In this document: positions 28,807 to 38,310 of the stretch, in pieces
Numbering within the stretch: position 1 is the stretch's first letter
Layout of the letters: each line of letters begins with the position of its first letter
IMG/VR virus record: IMGVR_UViG_3300036944_000990
Location: 42,807-106,806 of that record
DNA: 64,000 nucleotides
From: a virus
Strand: one strand, 5' to 3'
Notes under the pieces: model-generated
Told to the model about the DNA's origin: nothing
Database searches by the model: none
What the model saw: the letters and a program-made list of their open reading frames with translations, nothing else
Position numbers and translations under genes: made by a program

Positions 28807-31296
28807 ATGCTTAAGACCATGGTGAAGTTCAACGGTACCGAAGAACCCTTTACAGCGAAGAAGGTCGCTCGTTGGGCAGAGTGGGCCGCCAAGAAGCTGG
28901 GTCACAAGGTTGACTGGCCGAGCATCGTTATCACTGCGGTAAACGAATGTCCTGAGAAGATGTCCACTCAAGACTTCCAGAAGAAACTGATCGACGTCGT
29001 CCTGCGTGGCGAAGACTGGCCTCATTACCAGATGGCCGGTCGGTTGTATGCCCCGATGATTTCGAAGGCCACTTATGGTCATGACGTCCCCACCGTCCAG
29101 CAACTGCATCAAAAGCTGGTCGGTTTGGGTTTGATGGACCATCTGAGCTACACCGACGCCGAATACGCTGCTGTGGAAAAGGTCATCGACCATGACCTGG
29201 ACAAGGATTACATCCACTCGCGTATCGAGTACATCTACAAGAAGTACGCGGTACAGAACCGTGTGACGGGTAAGAGCTACGAAACCCCACAGTTCGTCTA
29301 CATGCGCATGGCCATGGCCTTGTCGGAAAGCTTCCCGACTGAACAACGCATGAAGCACATCCGCAAGTGGTATCACTACCTCAGCAGCGGTAAGCTCAAT
29401 GCTCCGACGCCGAACTACGTCAACCTGGGTACGCCGCTCAAGGGCTTTACCTCGTGTTGTATCTACACCAACCACGACTCGGCACGTTCGATCGGGGTGG
29501 GTCTGCATATTGCCTACACCATGACCTACATGTCGGCAGGCACCGGTACGTACCTCAATACCCGATCGATCGGGGATGAAGTGCGTGGCGGAGCCATCGA
29601 ACACCAAGGTAAGCTACCTTACCTGCGTGCTGAAAAGTCTATGGTTAAGTGTAACCTGCAAAACGGACGTGGTGGTGCACTGAACGTCAGCTGGTCGGCT
29701 TTTGATCCTGAAGCCGAAACGTTGGTGGCGGCGCAGAACCCGATGTCGGTGGAAGACAAGAAGATCCGCGGGATCGACTACACCATGACCATCTCCAAAT
29801 TCATGGTGCGCTTCGCAGCTCGCAAGCAGAAGCTCTTCCACTTCAACAGTCACACCGCACCTGATCTGCACGACGCTCTGTTCTCCGGCGACGTTGAACA
29901 CTTCGAGAACCTGTACAACAAGTACGAAGCCGATCCGCTGTTCATCAAGACCTACTTCAACGCGCGTGAGCTGATCCTCAATGCGATGAACGAGGCCTAC
30001 GAGACCGGCCGCTACTACTTGGCATGGGCTGACACCATCAACATGCAGACGCCGTTCTATGACACCATTTGGGCAACCAACCTGTGTGTCGAGATCATGT
30101 TGCCGACCTCCGGGTACGCCGACATGCAGGATCTGTACAAGACCGAGGACGTGGGTTACATCCGTTTCCAAACCACCGATGGTAATCGCCATGAACTGAC
30201 GGCTTCTCAACCGGTTTATGTGGAGCGGGCACCTGTCAATGCACTGCGTACCGCACGCCGTGTGATTCCGGCCATTGAGCTGGAGCAGGGTGAGCAGTTC
30301 CAGTTTGTCAAGGATGGTCTGCACTTCAATGTGTTGCAAGTCGATGAGCGCAAGGCTGAGCCGGAAGTGGCGATGTGTAACATTGCCGGTATCTGTCCGG
30401 GACTGATCGAAAGTGACGAAGAATACGCCGACGTGATGTATTACGCGCTGCTGATGATCGATCGTTGCATCCACATGACACACTACGAACTGCCACACAT
30501 CGGCTTCACCTCGAAGAACCGCATGAACGCAGGTGTAGGCATCATCGGTGACGCGTACTGGATGGCCAAGAACGGGTACAGCTACACCACCCGTGAAGGC
30601 AAGGGTAAACTGTTCGAGCTGAACGAAACCCACTACTACCACGCCATCACTCAGTCGATTCGTCTGGGCCGTGAGTTTGGTAACGCGCCGTGGATTCACC
30701 GCACCAAGTACCCAGAAGGTTACTTGATCTTCGACGATGGCGCTAAGGCCGTCATGGAGATCCATGATCAACCGTTCATGCGTGACTGGGACCAAGTCCG
30801 CAAGGATCTGGTAACGTACGGTGGTGGACGTTTCAGCTGCCTTGTAGCCCACATGCCAGGCGAGTCCAGCTCCAAAGGGGCCGGTCAACCTAACGGTCGT
30901 TATCCGGTTCGTAAGGCTGTGATGACCAAGACCGACAACGGTATTGTGACGCGCTTCGCTGCACCTGAGAGCGATGTATTGCACTACGAATCGTGCTGGG
31001 ATCTTTCCAGTGTGGATCAGATCGATATCTATGGTCTGGGTCAGTACTTCACCGATCAAGGGATCTCGGCTGACACCTGGAAGCGTCTGCCACCGGGTGA
31101 GACTGTCAAGACTTCTGAGATGATGAATGACATCATCTACATGACCAAGATGGGCATGAAGTCGCGCTACTATACCAACAGCCTGACCTCCTCGCTCAAA
31201 GAGCTGGAAGACGGTACAGTGGTGATGGTGGAGCACCTCAATACCGATAATGCGGTGGAAGTGGCGAACTGTGCTGAAGGTGCCTGTTCTATGTAA
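28807..31296 (+). CDS. nrdA: Ribonucleotide reductase class Ia, alpha subunit
   Basis: N-terminal ATP-cone-like region, TSCC, NLCVE, PGESSS, C-terminal CxxxxC. Confidence 0.95.
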   Translation: MLKTMVKFNGTEEPFTAKKVARWAEWAAKKLGHKVDWPSIVITAVNECPEKMSTQDFQKKLIDVVLRGEDWPHYQMAGRLYAPMISKATYGHDVPTVQQLHQKLVGLGLMDHLSYTDAEYAAVEKVIDHDLDKDYIHSRIEYIYKKYAVQNRVTGKSYETPQFVYMRMAMALSESFPTEQRMKHIRKWYHYLSSGKLNAPTPNYVNLGTPLKGFTSCCIYTNHDSARSIGVGLHIAYTMTYMSAGTGTYLNTRSIGDEVRGGAIEHQGKLPYLRAEKSMVKCNLQNGRGGALNVSWSAFDPEAETLVAAQNPMSVEDKKIRGIDYTMTISKFMVRFAARKQKLFHFNSHTAPDLHDALFSGDVEHFENLYNKYEADPLFIKTYFNARELILNAMNEAYETGRYYLAWADTINMQTPFYDTIWATNLCVEIMLPTSGYADMQDLYKTEDVGYIRFQTTDGNRHELTASQPVYVERAPVNALRTARRVIPAIELEQGEQFQFVKDGLHFNVLQVDERKAEPEVAMCNIAGICPGLIESDEEYADVMYYALLMIDRCIHMTHYELPHIGFTSKNRMNAGVGIIGDAYWMAKNGYSYTTREGKGKLFELNETHYYHAITQSIRLGREFGNAPWIHRTKYPEGYLIFDDGAKAVMEIHDQPFMRDWDQVRKDLVTYGGGRFSCLVAHMPGESSSKGAGQPNGRYPVRKAVMTKTDNGIVTRFAAPESDVLHYESCWDLSSVDQIDIYGLGQYFTDQGISADTWKRLPPGETVKTSEMMNDIIYMTKMGMKSRYYTNSLTSSLKELEDGTVVMVEHLNTDNAVEVANCAEGACSM

Positions 31297-31329
31297 ACTA
31301 CAGGAGGGTTTAGGCCCTCCTTTCCTTTT

Positions 31330-32463
31330 TTGTCAGAGTGTGTTATGAAACTTAAACCCGTCGATATTGACCCGTCCATTTTTAACCTGAAGAAGACTGA
31401 CTACGAGACCAAGAGTTTGTTCTTGGGTCAGCAACCGGGTTTGTTTGATACGATCAATAAAACGTATCCGCTGATCTGGGAAAACTACAAGACCATGAAG
31501 TCCCTGGACTGGGATGAGAATGAGTTCAACTACTCCAGCTGCATGGCCGAGTTTGAATCCGAAGACCCACGCAAGGTCCGTAAGATGATCTACTCGCTGG
31601 CGTGGCAATGGGAAGCCGATTCGGTGGCGGCGCGTTCGATCAGTCACATCGTTTCGTTGTTTGACCCAGCTTCTGAGTTATGGGCTGCCTGGCAGCGAAT
31701 CAGTGACAGTGAATCGACACACGGGGCTACCTACTCAGAGATTGTACGGGCGAGTTTCAAAGACCCGCGCAAGGTTCTAGAAGACGTGTTAGGTATTGTG
31801 GAGGCTCACCAACGGTTGGCTGTAGTGGCGAATGAGTTTGCTTGGATTCGTCGTCGTGGTCTCCGGTATCAACTGGGCGACGTTCCAAATGACCAAGAAA
31901 CCTACAACGCGATTTTCATGTTCACCTTCCTGATGTTCGTACTCGAGCGTCTGCAGTTCATGTCCTCGTTCGTAGTGACCTTTGCCATGGGTGAAGAGAA
32001 CAGCTTCATGCCGGCCTGTAAAGCAATTCAGAAGATCGCTCAGGATGAGTTTGAAGTGCACGTAGAGTTGGACCGCATGGTGCTGAACAACGAGTTGCAG
32101 ACCGAGCGTGGTAAGATCGCTTATCAGCAACTCAAGCCGCGCATGCAAGCGGTGTACGATGCAGTCATCAATGCCGAAGTGACCTGGCTCAAAGACGTTC
32201 TCTGGGCTGACGGTTACGACCTACAGAACCTCAACCTCAAGCAAGCAGTGGATTGGGTTCACTGGTGTGGTCTGAACGTTGCGCGTCCTATGGGTCTGGA
32301 AGTGACTCACCCTGTGGTCGATCGCATTCCGGTTCACTACATGAAGACCTGGCTGAACATCTCTGACATCCAAGCTTCGCCTCAGGAAGAAGCCAACGGT
32401 CAGTATAAAGTGGGCATTATGGAACGTGACGACGAGGACATCGAGTTCGCGGTGGACTTCTGA
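31330..32463 (+). CDS. nrdB: Ribonucleotide reductase class Ia, beta subunit
   Basis: W...E motif, ESTHGATY (ExxH plus radical Tyr), LERLQFMSSF, QDEFEVH, ASPQE. Confidence 0.93.
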   Translation: MSECVMKLKPVDIDPSIFNLKKTDYETKSLFLGQQPGLFDTINKTYPLIWENYKTMKSLDWDENEFNYSSCMAEFESEDPRKVRKMIYSLAWQWEADSVAARSISHIVSLFDPASELWAAWQRISDSESTHGATYSEIVRASFKDPRKVLEDVLGIVEAHQRLAVVANEFAWIRRRGLRYQLGDVPNDQETYNAIFMFTFLMFVLERLQFMSSFVVTFAMGEENSFMPACKAIQKIAQDEFEVHVELDRMVLNNELQTERGKIAYQQLKPRMQAVYDAVINAEVTWLKDVLWADGYDLQNLNLKQAVDWVHWCGLNVARPMGLEVTHPVVDRIPVHYMKTWLNISDIQASPQEEANGQYKVGIMERDDEDIEFAVDF

Positions 32464-32546
32464 TGAACACGGTTCTGTTAGTACTTTTCGCGGTGTTGCT
32501 GGGCGTTATTTCCTGGTGCGTGCGAAGTGAGGAAGACCATGGTTAA
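32463..32546 (+). CDS. 27-aa single-TM peptide, absent from the ORF track
   Basis: TGATG overlap with the nrdB stop; MNTVLLVLFAVLLGVISWCVRSEEDHG. Confidence 0.5.
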   Translation: MNTVLLVLFAVLLGVISWCVRSEEDHG

Positions 32547-32808
32547 TCAAGTCCGTCCTCTGGAGCGTTTGGCATTTCTCTTCGAATGTCGGGAATACCC
32601 CATCCGTGAAGAGAACCGTCATGGTTATGTGGTGTCCGATCGAGACGAGAAGCGGTTCTTTACGATCATCAACGGCGTATGTCGACCTGATGAAGTACAG
32701 GACTACTTCAACACTCAAGGAATCGGCCGTTTGGTATTGGACAATCCGCTGTTTGAAGTGGGTGAGCCAGTCGAGATTCACTTTAACACTCCTCTTTGTG
32801 GTTTCTAA
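32539..32808 (+). CDS. Hypothetical protein
   Basis: GAGGAAGACC-ATG start (MVNQVRPLE). Confidence 0.6.
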   Translation: MVNQVRPLERLAFLFECREYPIREENRHGYVVSDRDEKRFFTIINGVCRPDEVQDYFNTQGIGRLVLDNPLFEVGEPVEIHFNTPLCGF

Positions 32809-32820
32809 CCACTTGGCCTC

Positions 32821-32893
32821 TAAGGGACTTCGGTCCCTTAGAGTGCTCTTTATGCCGGCATAAAACCCATGAGGCCCGAAGGCCTCATGGGTT
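32821..32893. terminator. Convergent double terminator around the palindrome TTATGCCGGCATAA
   Basis: TAAGGGAC-TTCG-GTCCCTTA and AACCCATGAGGCC-CGAA-GGCCTCATGGGTT. Confidence 0.8.
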
Positions 32894-32897
32894 CGCC

Positions 32898-33521
32898 TTA
32901 GGCTGCCGGAGCTTCCGGTTGAGCAAAGGTCCAGCTGATGGCGTTGAACGCAACATCGTCACCCAGCTCTGCAGCAGTTCGCAGTTGTTTCTCGATACCG
33001 TGGCGGTATGCGGTGAAGCCAGCCAGCGCCGGACTGTACACTGCATCATTAGCCAGGATACGCGAGACCAGGTCTTCGAAACCGTCGCCAACATTTGCAG
33101 CCACGCGCCCTTCGTTCAGTTCCACCAGGAACGGAACTTCAGGAGCATCACCTACACGACCACCATCGATCCATGCTTGGTACGCACGGGCTTCAGTGAC
33201 TTGTAGGGTCCACGTGTGTGTTTCAGCAGCGGGGTAATCGACATTGAGGACAGCCACCGCCTGATCGTAGTCAGCATTCAGACGACCCAGTTGGATGGTC
33301 AGACGCTCGGCCAGCGGCTTGGCCAGATACTCTTCTTCCGGAGTTGGGATGTGAGGTGCTTCTACAGCGATCGGATTGCCTTCGGCATCTGCATCGAGCA
33401 CCTTACCGGCAGCCAACTCGATCATCAGTGCGGTAGCAACTTCCTCGGTCAACAGAACCGCATCGTCACCCACCGGCAGGTTGAACAGGCCTTTACGAGA
33501 AGGCGAGAAATAGGTATTCAT
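32898..33521 (-). CDS. Tail fibre assembly chaperone (Tfa-like)
   Basis: YFSPSRKGLF...DDAVLLTEE...GKVL.ADAEGNPI...P.PEEE N-terminus; YP..E..TW..Q..EA. Confidence 0.75.
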   Translation of the reverse strand: MNTYFSPSRKGLFNLPVGDDAVLLTEEVATALMIELAAGKVLDADAEGNPIAVEAPHIPTPEEEYLAKPLAERLTIQLGRLNADYDQAVAVLNVDYPAAETHTWTLQVTEARAYQAWIDGGRVGDAPEVPFLVELNEGRVAANVGDGFEDLVSRILANDAVYSPALAGFTAYRHGIEKQLRTAAELGDDVAFNAISWTFAQPEAPAA

Positions 33522-33544
33522 TTAACGTACCTCAAGGTGATGAA

Positions 33545-34288
33545 TTACGGGGTGTACTTGATCCACAGGTCGCCGTCTTTACCGTCAGCAGCGACAGGGT
33601 CAACGGTCGACACGAAGATGTTGGCCGTCGAGGCAGTACCGAGGTTCAGTGCAGTTTGAACGTCACTGATTACCTGTGCTTTGGTGCGACCTTCAAGCTT
33701 AGCCGAATCAGCTGCCTGGGCAGTGGCGTTAAGCTTACCGGCCAGGTCGTCAGCCAGTGCAGCTTCGGCAGCCGCGACAGCTTCAGTTACAACCTGAGCT
33801 TTGCTCGAACCTTCCAACTTCTGAGAGTTTACAGCCGTAGCAGTAGCGTCCAGTTTCTGGCCGACCAGAGTGGTCAGTTCGGTGATCACATCCGGGTTGT
33901 TCTGTAGGGCTTCGGCCAGCTCAGCGATGGTGTTCAGGGCTTCCGGGGAAGCACCGATCAGCTCGTTGACAGCCGACTCGATAGCCGCTTTGGCCGACAC
34001 AGCGGTGATGTACTTGACATCGTCAGTGCCCGCAACAGCTTCAGCAACCGAGGCCTTGGCGGCCACGAAGTCATTGAACCCTTGTTGCAGAGTGGCGAGG
34101 TCAGCACCCGAAGCCAGATCAGCCAGCAGAACGGCCAGTTCCAGTTCACCCACTTTGTATTGACCGAAGTCATCAGTCTTATCGACCTTGGACCCCAGCG
34201 ATGCTGCGACGGAGGCAAGTGCCCCGTCTACTTTTTCCGACACCCAAGTCGAAAATTCGGCAAAGCCGAAAAAACGTTTATCAAACAT
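33545..34288 (-). CDS. Short tail-fibre-related protein (KRFFGF family)
   Basis: SPEALNTIAELAEAL fibre motif, A.DS.KLEG repeats, terminal DPVAADGKDGDLW. Confidence 0.7.
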   Translation of the reverse strand: MFDKRFFGFAEFSTWVSEKVDGALASVAASLGSKVDKTDDFGQYKVGELELAVLLADLASGADLATLQQGFNDFVAAKASVAEAVAGTDDVKYITAVSAKAAIESAVNELIGASPEALNTIAELAEALQNNPDVITELTTLVGQKLDATATAVNSQKLEGSSKAQVVTEAVAAAEAALADDLAGKLNATAQAADSAKLEGRTKAQVISDVQTALNLGTASTANIFVSTVDPVAADGKDGDLWIKYTP

Positions 34289-34429
34289 TTTTGATGCTCC
34301 GTTGAGGTGAAAATAAAGCAAGCTTGAAAAAGGTGTGTCGAGAGGCCAGTTTCGAGAGCCCTTTTTCATCGCCCTCTCATAAGATTCTGATGTTTGGTCC
34401 GCTAAAGTCCTAGAACTCCCTTTATTTTT

Positions 34430-35209
34430 TTAATCCTTTCTGATTAAACGGATGAACCAAGCTGCTGTATCGACTTCACCCTTTTTCATCACGGTGGTCC
34501 ATGAGCGAGGATGTGCGTGGTGGTTGTTGTGTAAACCACAAGCACCAAAACTCAACAAGTGCATGCTCGGGGAGTTTTGAGAATGGTCGGGTGTGTCGAA
34601 ACTACGGTAGTTCAGAGGTGCCTTAGCATGAAGCATGTAGTTTTGGACCGTAGAAAGAAAGGGTCCCAACGCCCAAGGCAAAAGTACAATGAACATCAAC
34701 CCATTGATCCCCGCCAACCAATACCACAGACACGCCCACCCCAACATCCAAAGAACGTAGTATTGGTGCAGTGATTTGTGGATAGGGTCACGAGCCAAGT
34801 AACGAACAGAATGTAACGTTCCCGTGTAAGGATAACGCCACACCAACAACTCCCAGAACTTCGAGTATTGTGCACTGTGTGGATCTTTCTCGGTATCCGA
34901 GTATTGATGATGGGCGGCGTGGATCATCGCCCAACCCATGGTCGATCCAGTTCCCGGTACCACACTGGTCAGTACTGCCAATAACCACTCAACAGGTTTG
35001 CTAAGTTGATACGCCCCATGAGTACAGAAGCGATGGGCAAAGGCTTCGATCAAACAAATGTTGAAAAACGCCACCACACCCAAAGTCGCCCACAACCACT
35101 GGTAATTCAGTTGTGTTGTGTAGTGAAGAACCGGTAGTAGTGTCACTACTAACAACACCTGCAGCGGCATGAACTCGCCCCGCGAACGAGTGTATTCCCA
35201 AAGTTTCAT
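34430..35209 (-). CDS. Membrane fatty acid desaturase family enzyme 3
   Basis: His boxes HRFCTH, HAAHH(QYSDTEKDPHS), NYMLH, HNNHH; TM segments. Confidence 0.88.
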   Translation of the reverse strand: MKLWEYTRSRGEFMPLQVLLVVTLLPVLHYTTQLNYQWLWATLGVVAFFNICLIEAFAHRFCTHGAYQLSKPVEWLLAVLTSVVPGTGSTMGWAMIHAAHHQYSDTEKDPHSAQYSKFWELLVWRYPYTGTLHSVRYLARDPIHKSLHQYYVLWMLGWACLWYWLAGINGLMFIVLLPWALGPFLSTVQNYMLHAKAPLNYRSFDTPDHSQNSPSMHLLSFGACGLHNNHHAHPRSWTTVMKKGEVDTAAWFIRLIRKD

Positions 35210-35219
35210 ATCAACCCCC

Positions 35220-36143
35220 TTAAGACAAAAGTGTCACAAATTGTTCGAGGTACGATTCTTGGTTTGGGATTGCTCGATTAAAAGCAACCCGCAAATGATG
35301 CGTACCGTTGTAGGAGATCACTTGGAGTCTTCCCATCTGATTCTTCTTTAGAAACTGTACCAGTTCAGTAGGTTCAAAGTGACTGGAACCTATCGGGAAA
35401 GAGCCTACAAAGAAGTTTCCAATCTTCTCACTCAAACCAAACTTCATGATCAAACGAGTGAAGTTTTCGTGACTGATGTCGAGCGAGAACTTCCCGTCTT
35501 TATTAGACCCTAAAGCATAGAGCGAGTAGTGTCCCCAATAGTCCTCACACCCTTCTACAAAGCGCGTGGTGATGATGTTAGGGTTATCCAATACCGTACA
35601 AGTCACTTGAGCGAGGTAGTCCTGTACACGCATCCCTAGGGCTTTAGCTTGACGCAAGTAACCGGTACCAATGGGGATGCTGTAGGTGTTGGCTAAACCG
35701 ACCTCCCCTTCAAAGACAAAGGGTCTCAGTTCCATTGGTCCCGTCGGTTGTATTTTCGGTAAAGGTTGGTTGGATACATAAGTCCCTACCTCACCAGTTC
35801 GGGCAATGTGGAACAGTTCACGCGTGGTCTTCATGAACGTCCAACCATCAACAAACTCGTGGGACAAACCAATCCAAAATCCGTTATCGTCCTCGGTGAC
35901 CGATAAGCAGGTTGGAATCTGTTGGTGGAGGTTACCGTGACCTTGTGTTACCAACACCCGATCATGTTCCACGACTTTACCATTGACCACACAGGCTTTA
36001 AGAAGTGGGATGTGATGAGTCAGTTCGTCCACCGCTTCTTGCATCAGGTTGCGGTCACATGGGAATAAAGGGACGTTCAAACTGCTGTACATCATCGCCT
36101 TTCCATCATTAAGAAAGGCTTTCTGAAGTAGGTTCAATTTCAT
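35220..36143 (-). CDS. Standalone condensation-domain / CoA-dependent acyltransferase
   Basis: LNLLQKAF (C1-like), DRNLMQEAVDELTHHIPLLK (C2-like), LSHEFVDGWTF..TTRELF (HxxxDG, nt 35844-35861). ATGA overlap with the upstream gene. Confidence 0.7.
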   Translation of the reverse strand: MKLNLLQKAFLNDGKAMMYSSLNVPLFPCDRNLMQEAVDELTHHIPLLKACVVNGKVVEHDRVLVTQGHGNLHQQIPTCLSVTEDDNGFWIGLSHEFVDGWTFMKTTRELFHIARTGEVGTYVSNQPLPKIQPTGPMELRPFVFEGEVGLANTYSIPIGTGYLRQAKALGMRVQDYLAQVTCTVLDNPNIITTRFVEGCEDYWGHYSLYALGSNKDGKFSLDISHENFTRLIMKFGLSEKIGNFFVGSFPIGSSHFEPTELVQFLKKNQMGRLQVISYNGTHHLRVAFNRAIPNQESYLEQFVTLLS

Positions 36144-36883
36144 CGTTTGATTAGCCTGATAAACCACGCCCCTGGGTCAATTTCGCCTTTTTTCATGGCC
36201 ATGTCCCAGCGGTTGGGGAAAGCGTGGTGGTTGTTGTGTAGACCCTCACCCCCAAACAAAAGTGCTAAAAGTTTGGAGTTGCGTGAGTCATCATTAGTGT
36301 TCCAACTCTGGTATCCGAACCTATGGACCCAGTCGAGCAAAACTGTTTTGCGTAATACCTGAGTACACGCCGTTGGGATCGCCCACAAATAGATCAGAGC
36401 CTCCCACGAGATCAAGGCTAGAACACCGGCCGTTACTAGAGGATACAAAAGGTAGTACTTTTGAATACGCATCGCAACAGGGTCGTTTAGAAACTGTTTG
36501 AGTAACCGTCGGGGGATTGTGAGGTTCAGTTTCTTAGCGTTGACCAAACCCCAACCGCGATAATGGTTGTGGGGGTCGTTCGGGGTGTCTGAATGTTTGT
36601 GGTGCTCGCGGTGGATAGCAATGCTGATATAGGGATGGAGTCCTCCGGCGGCACAGATAGCCCACACCATAAACTCCCGCCAGAATGGACTGGTTTCAAA
36701 TGAACGGTGTACAAAGTACCGATGAGCCCCACAGGCGACGCCGCAGACCCAATACACTTGAAAGGCCATAAAACTCCCCAGTACCCATAAGGCACTGGGG
36801 TGAATTACGCAGAACAGACTGATTCCCATTGCCAGCACAGCTACCAGAACCGAAGCCCTGCCACTGAACTGTAGATATTTCAT
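36140..36883 (-). CDS. Membrane fatty acid desaturase family enzyme 2 (Delta9/DesC-like)
   Basis: GAHRYFVHRSF, HREHHKHSDTPNDPH, WVHRFGY, GEGLHNNHH. Confidence 0.92.
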   Translation of the reverse strand: MKYLQFSGRASVLVAVLAMGISLFCVIHPSALWVLGSFMAFQVYWVCGVACGAHRYFVHRSFETSPFWREFMVWAICAAGGLHPYISIAIHREHHKHSDTPNDPHNHYRGWGLVNAKKLNLTIPRRLLKQFLNDPVAMRIQKYYLLYPLVTAGVLALISWEALIYLWAIPTACTQVLRKTVLLDWVHRFGYQSWNTNDDSRNSKLLALLFGGEGLHNNHHAFPNRWDMAMKKGEIDPGAWFIRLIKR

Positions 36884-37668
36884 TTACGGATCACCTTGAT
36901 AATCCAATAAGCTGGATCGAATTCCCACCACTTCTCACGAAGGTTAACGGCCGTTTGGTCGTGATGGTGGTTGTTGTGCCAACCTTCACCCCCGGAGATG
37001 AGTGATACGAACCACCAGTTGTGACTCAAGTCAGGTGTTTCGTGGTTACGGTAACCCAGTCCCGGTACGTGTCCTGACCAAACCACAAACCGCAAAGTCA
37101 TGTGACACATACCACCTGGAACGAGGTACAACCAGAAGAGTGCAGTCAGAGGATCAAGTCCTGCAAGTACACCCACCGAGGTCAGACCAGCTGCCAACAG
37201 CGCTACGATCAAGAAGTAATACTTGATAGTCAATCCGTGCATCGGGTCACTTGCCAACATCTTAAGCAACATGCGGTTGCCTTTGAAGTTTTCGTGGCTG
37301 AAGGGTGAGACTCCTGTGCGGATAAAGTCGATATACGGATCATCGTCTTCATCGGCATGTTTGTGGTGCTTGATGTGCAGATCAGCCCATACACAAGGCG
37401 GACCTGTCAAGGCACCTACGCAACTGACTGCCATCACCCACTGCCAGAAACGACTGGTTGTGAACATCCGGTGAGAGAAATAACGATGCGCTCCCACCAC
37501 CAATCCCATCACTTGCAAAAACTGCCAGATAGCAAGGGTTGCAAACAACAGTCCCCAACTCATGCCAAAGACGTACGCCACCAAGGGCGCTGTAAGGACA
37601 CAGGCTGCGGTCAACCGATTAACGACTTTAAGTCGTGAGTAGGTAATCATGAAAGGTGGGGTTTGCAT
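36880..37668 (-). CDS. Membrane fatty acid desaturase family enzyme 1 (Delta9/DesC-like)
   Basis: GAHRYFSHRMF, HIKHHKHADEDDDP, WSGH..GYRN, GEGWHNNHH, WWEFDP. Confidence 0.92.
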   Translation of the reverse strand: MQTPPFMITYSRLKVVNRLTAACVLTAPLVAYVFGMSWGLLFATLAIWQFLQVMGLVVGAHRYFSHRMFTTSRFWQWVMAVSCVGALTGPPCVWADLHIKHHKHADEDDDPYIDFIRTGVSPFSHENFKGNRMLLKMLASDPMHGLTIKYYFLIVALLAAGLTSVGVLAGLDPLTALFWLYLVPGGMCHMTLRFVVWSGHVPGLGYRNHETPDLSHNWWFVSLISGGEGWHNNHHHDQTAVNLREKWWEFDPAYWIIKVIRK

Positions 37669-37671
37669 GCG

Positions 37672-38310
37672 TTACTCCTGAAGGCTTTCGACGGTGGCTA
37701 AACTCTCCACCGGAACGTTGGTACATTGGGCTTTGACTTCTTCTACAGTTGCTTCATAAACATAGACCAGGAACGCATTGTCTTGTCCGGTATTACGGAA
37801 GCTGTAGTCTTGGGGTTTAGTCAAACGAAGGTGTTTGATGCTATTGAACACCCCGCCGTCATTTACCTGAAGAGCCCCTTCTACGATAAAGACATTTTGC
37901 TCCATCTCTCGAGGGGTGATCACACACGACTCACCGGGAGCCAACGCGTAGTTCTTCGACAGGTAGAGCTTGGCCATCGGGTCTTGTGCATTGATGCACA
38001 TAAACCGATTGCGATCCTCCATCCCCAGCAGATGAAAACTACCCTTGATGGTCACACGACTCTCATCGCCACCGTCACCACGACTCCGAATGAATTCGGG
38101 TGTAACGGTAGAGCCGACTTTAAAAGCCCCTTCGATAAAGGCGTTGAATCGGTAGGTGTTGATACCTGCATCGCTGGAACCCAAAGTCGCTTGTGCGGGC
38201 ACGTCTACAGGTACTGCGGCGATCTTGTTTTTTTCCAGAACCAGTTCGAACAAGTCAAAGCCATTTACGCGAGTGACGTTCCAACCGTTACGGGTATAGG
38301 TTGTACTCAT
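37672..38310 (-). CDS. Beta-rich cupin/pirin-like protein
   Basis: LAPGESCVITPREMEQNVFIVEGALQVND resembles the pirin C-terminal cupin strand pattern. No clear metal His pair. Confidence 0.45.
   Translation of the reverse strand: MSTTYTRNGWNVTRVNGFDLFELVLEKNKIAAVPVDVPAQATLGSSDAGINTYRFNAFIEGAFKVGSTVTPEFIRSRGDGGDESRVTIKGSFHLLGMEDRNRFMCINAQDPMAKLYLSKNYALAPGESCVITPREMEQNVFIVEGALQVNDGGVFNSIKHLRLTKPQDYSFRNTGQDNAFLVYVYEATVEEVKAQCTNVPVESLATVESLQE

Noticed and set aside
30157-30360. Functional intein in NrdA
   Set aside because: Too short, no N-terminal Cys/Ser block A, TxxH changed to TASQ, and no terminal His-Asn.
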